Shown here: positions 34,102 through 34,484 of the stretch, piece by piece
Position numbering within the stretch: the stretch's first letter is position 1
Layout: every line of letters starts with the position of its first letter
Source: a virus
UHGV virus genome: UHGV-0211321
Strand: one strand, 5' to 3'
DNA length: 34,484 nt
The notes under the pieces: model-generated
Told to the model about the DNA's origin: nothing
Seen by the model: the letters and a program-made list of their open reading frames with translations, nothing else
Databases searched by the model: none
Program-made: the position numbers and the translations under genes

Positions 34102-34350
34102 TTATTTTATTAAAAATGAATCGTTATGAAGTTTATATCGTATAAACTCGTCTTTGCTTCCAAAAAAAATATTTGCTGTTGGAAAATGGTATATTTCTGG
34201 TATTAATTGCACATATTTTTGCTTCATTTTATTCGGATCTTGTTCCCAATTTGCTAAGGTTTGATGGTGAACATCAAAGAGTTTTGCTGCTTCTTTTAAA
34301 GAATATCCCATCATAACTCTAGCTGCTTCCAAAGTAATTTGTAATTCCAT
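34102..34350 (-). CDS. cro: Cro-like XRE-family HTH regulator
   Basis: 82 aa 'GYSLKEAAKLFDVHHQTLANWE'. First gene of the leftward early operon, divergent from the CI gene across the operator region. Confidence 0.7.
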   Translation of the reverse strand: MELQITLEAARVMMGYSLKEAAKLFDVHHQTLANWEQDPNKMKQKYVQLIPEIYHFPTANIFFGSKDEFIRYKLHNDSFLIK

Positions 34351-34374
34351 TTTTATTCCTCCTTCGTTTATGTA

Positions 34375-34480
34375 AATTATTTTATACTAGTTTATACTAC
34401 CAGTCAACGATTTTTGACGTTTTTTAAATTAAAAAACACTGTTATAAAACTACTTTATACTTGTTTATATTGATTTAATT
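34375..34480. promoter_or_regulatory. genetic-switch operator/promoter region: two pairs of tandem 9-mers (TTTATACTA G TTTATACTA; TTTATACTT G TTTATATTG) overlapping a cro promoter (minus: TTGACT-17-TAAAAT) and a putative cI promoter
   Basis: Minus-strand -35 TTGACT (34402-34407), 17-nt spacer, -10 TAAAAT (34379-34384), about 20 nt upstream of the cro SD. The operator 9-mers cover the spacer and -10. A second pair sits at 34455-34474 next to TTGTTT-17-TATTAT spanning the window end and position 5. Confidence 0.5.
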
Positions 34481-34484
34481 CGAT

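Overview
AT-rich sequence from a low-GC Gram-positive (Lactobacillales/Enterococcus-like) background that reads as one essentially complete temperate siphophage genome of about 34.5 kb, in circularly permuted, unintegrated form. The two window ends fall inside the cI/cro genetic-switch intergenic region: cro-like HTH gene at 34102-34350 (-), operator 9-mers at about 34380-34474, CI-like repressor at 31-870 (+). Reading rightward from the left end, all on the + strand: CI-type repressor, two small cargo genes (a Lys-rich basic protein and a Zn-ribbon membrane protein), and a tyrosine integrase. Next is an intact attP-like region (2785-3049) holding a GC-rich tRNA-like 3' fragment flanked by two identical 22-bp direct repeats. 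Everything else is on the minus strand, in this order from left to right: endolysin (NlpC/P60-CHAP type peptidase plus PG-binding repeats), holin, an unannotated XkdX-like small ORF, four modular tail-fibre/baseplate genes with collagen-like repeats and conserved junction cassettes, a standalone CHAP protein, Tal (tail lysin with lysozyme-like and peptidase domains), Dit, tape measure, G/GT chaperone with a -1 frameshift extension, major tail protein, four head-tail joining proteins, HK97-type major capsid protein, prohead protease, portal, an extra 151-aa gene, TerL, P27-family TerS, a candidate cos region, HNH endonuclease, YjcQ, an ArpU-like late regulator, a single opposite-strand moron with its own promoter and terminator (25119-25547), and an early module (DUF1064, DnaC-like loader, replisome organiser with embedded iteron-like ori, PD-(D/E)XK nuclease plus RecT, a triple-HTH-repeat protein, excisionase-family HTH, Rha-type antirepressor). 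No rRNA, no CRISPR, no IS elements and no recognisable multi-gene defence operon were seen. The most unusual items are the attP architecture, the repeated tail-fibre junction cassettes, the orphan gene between terL and portal, the opposite-strand moron, and the cI-int cargo genes.
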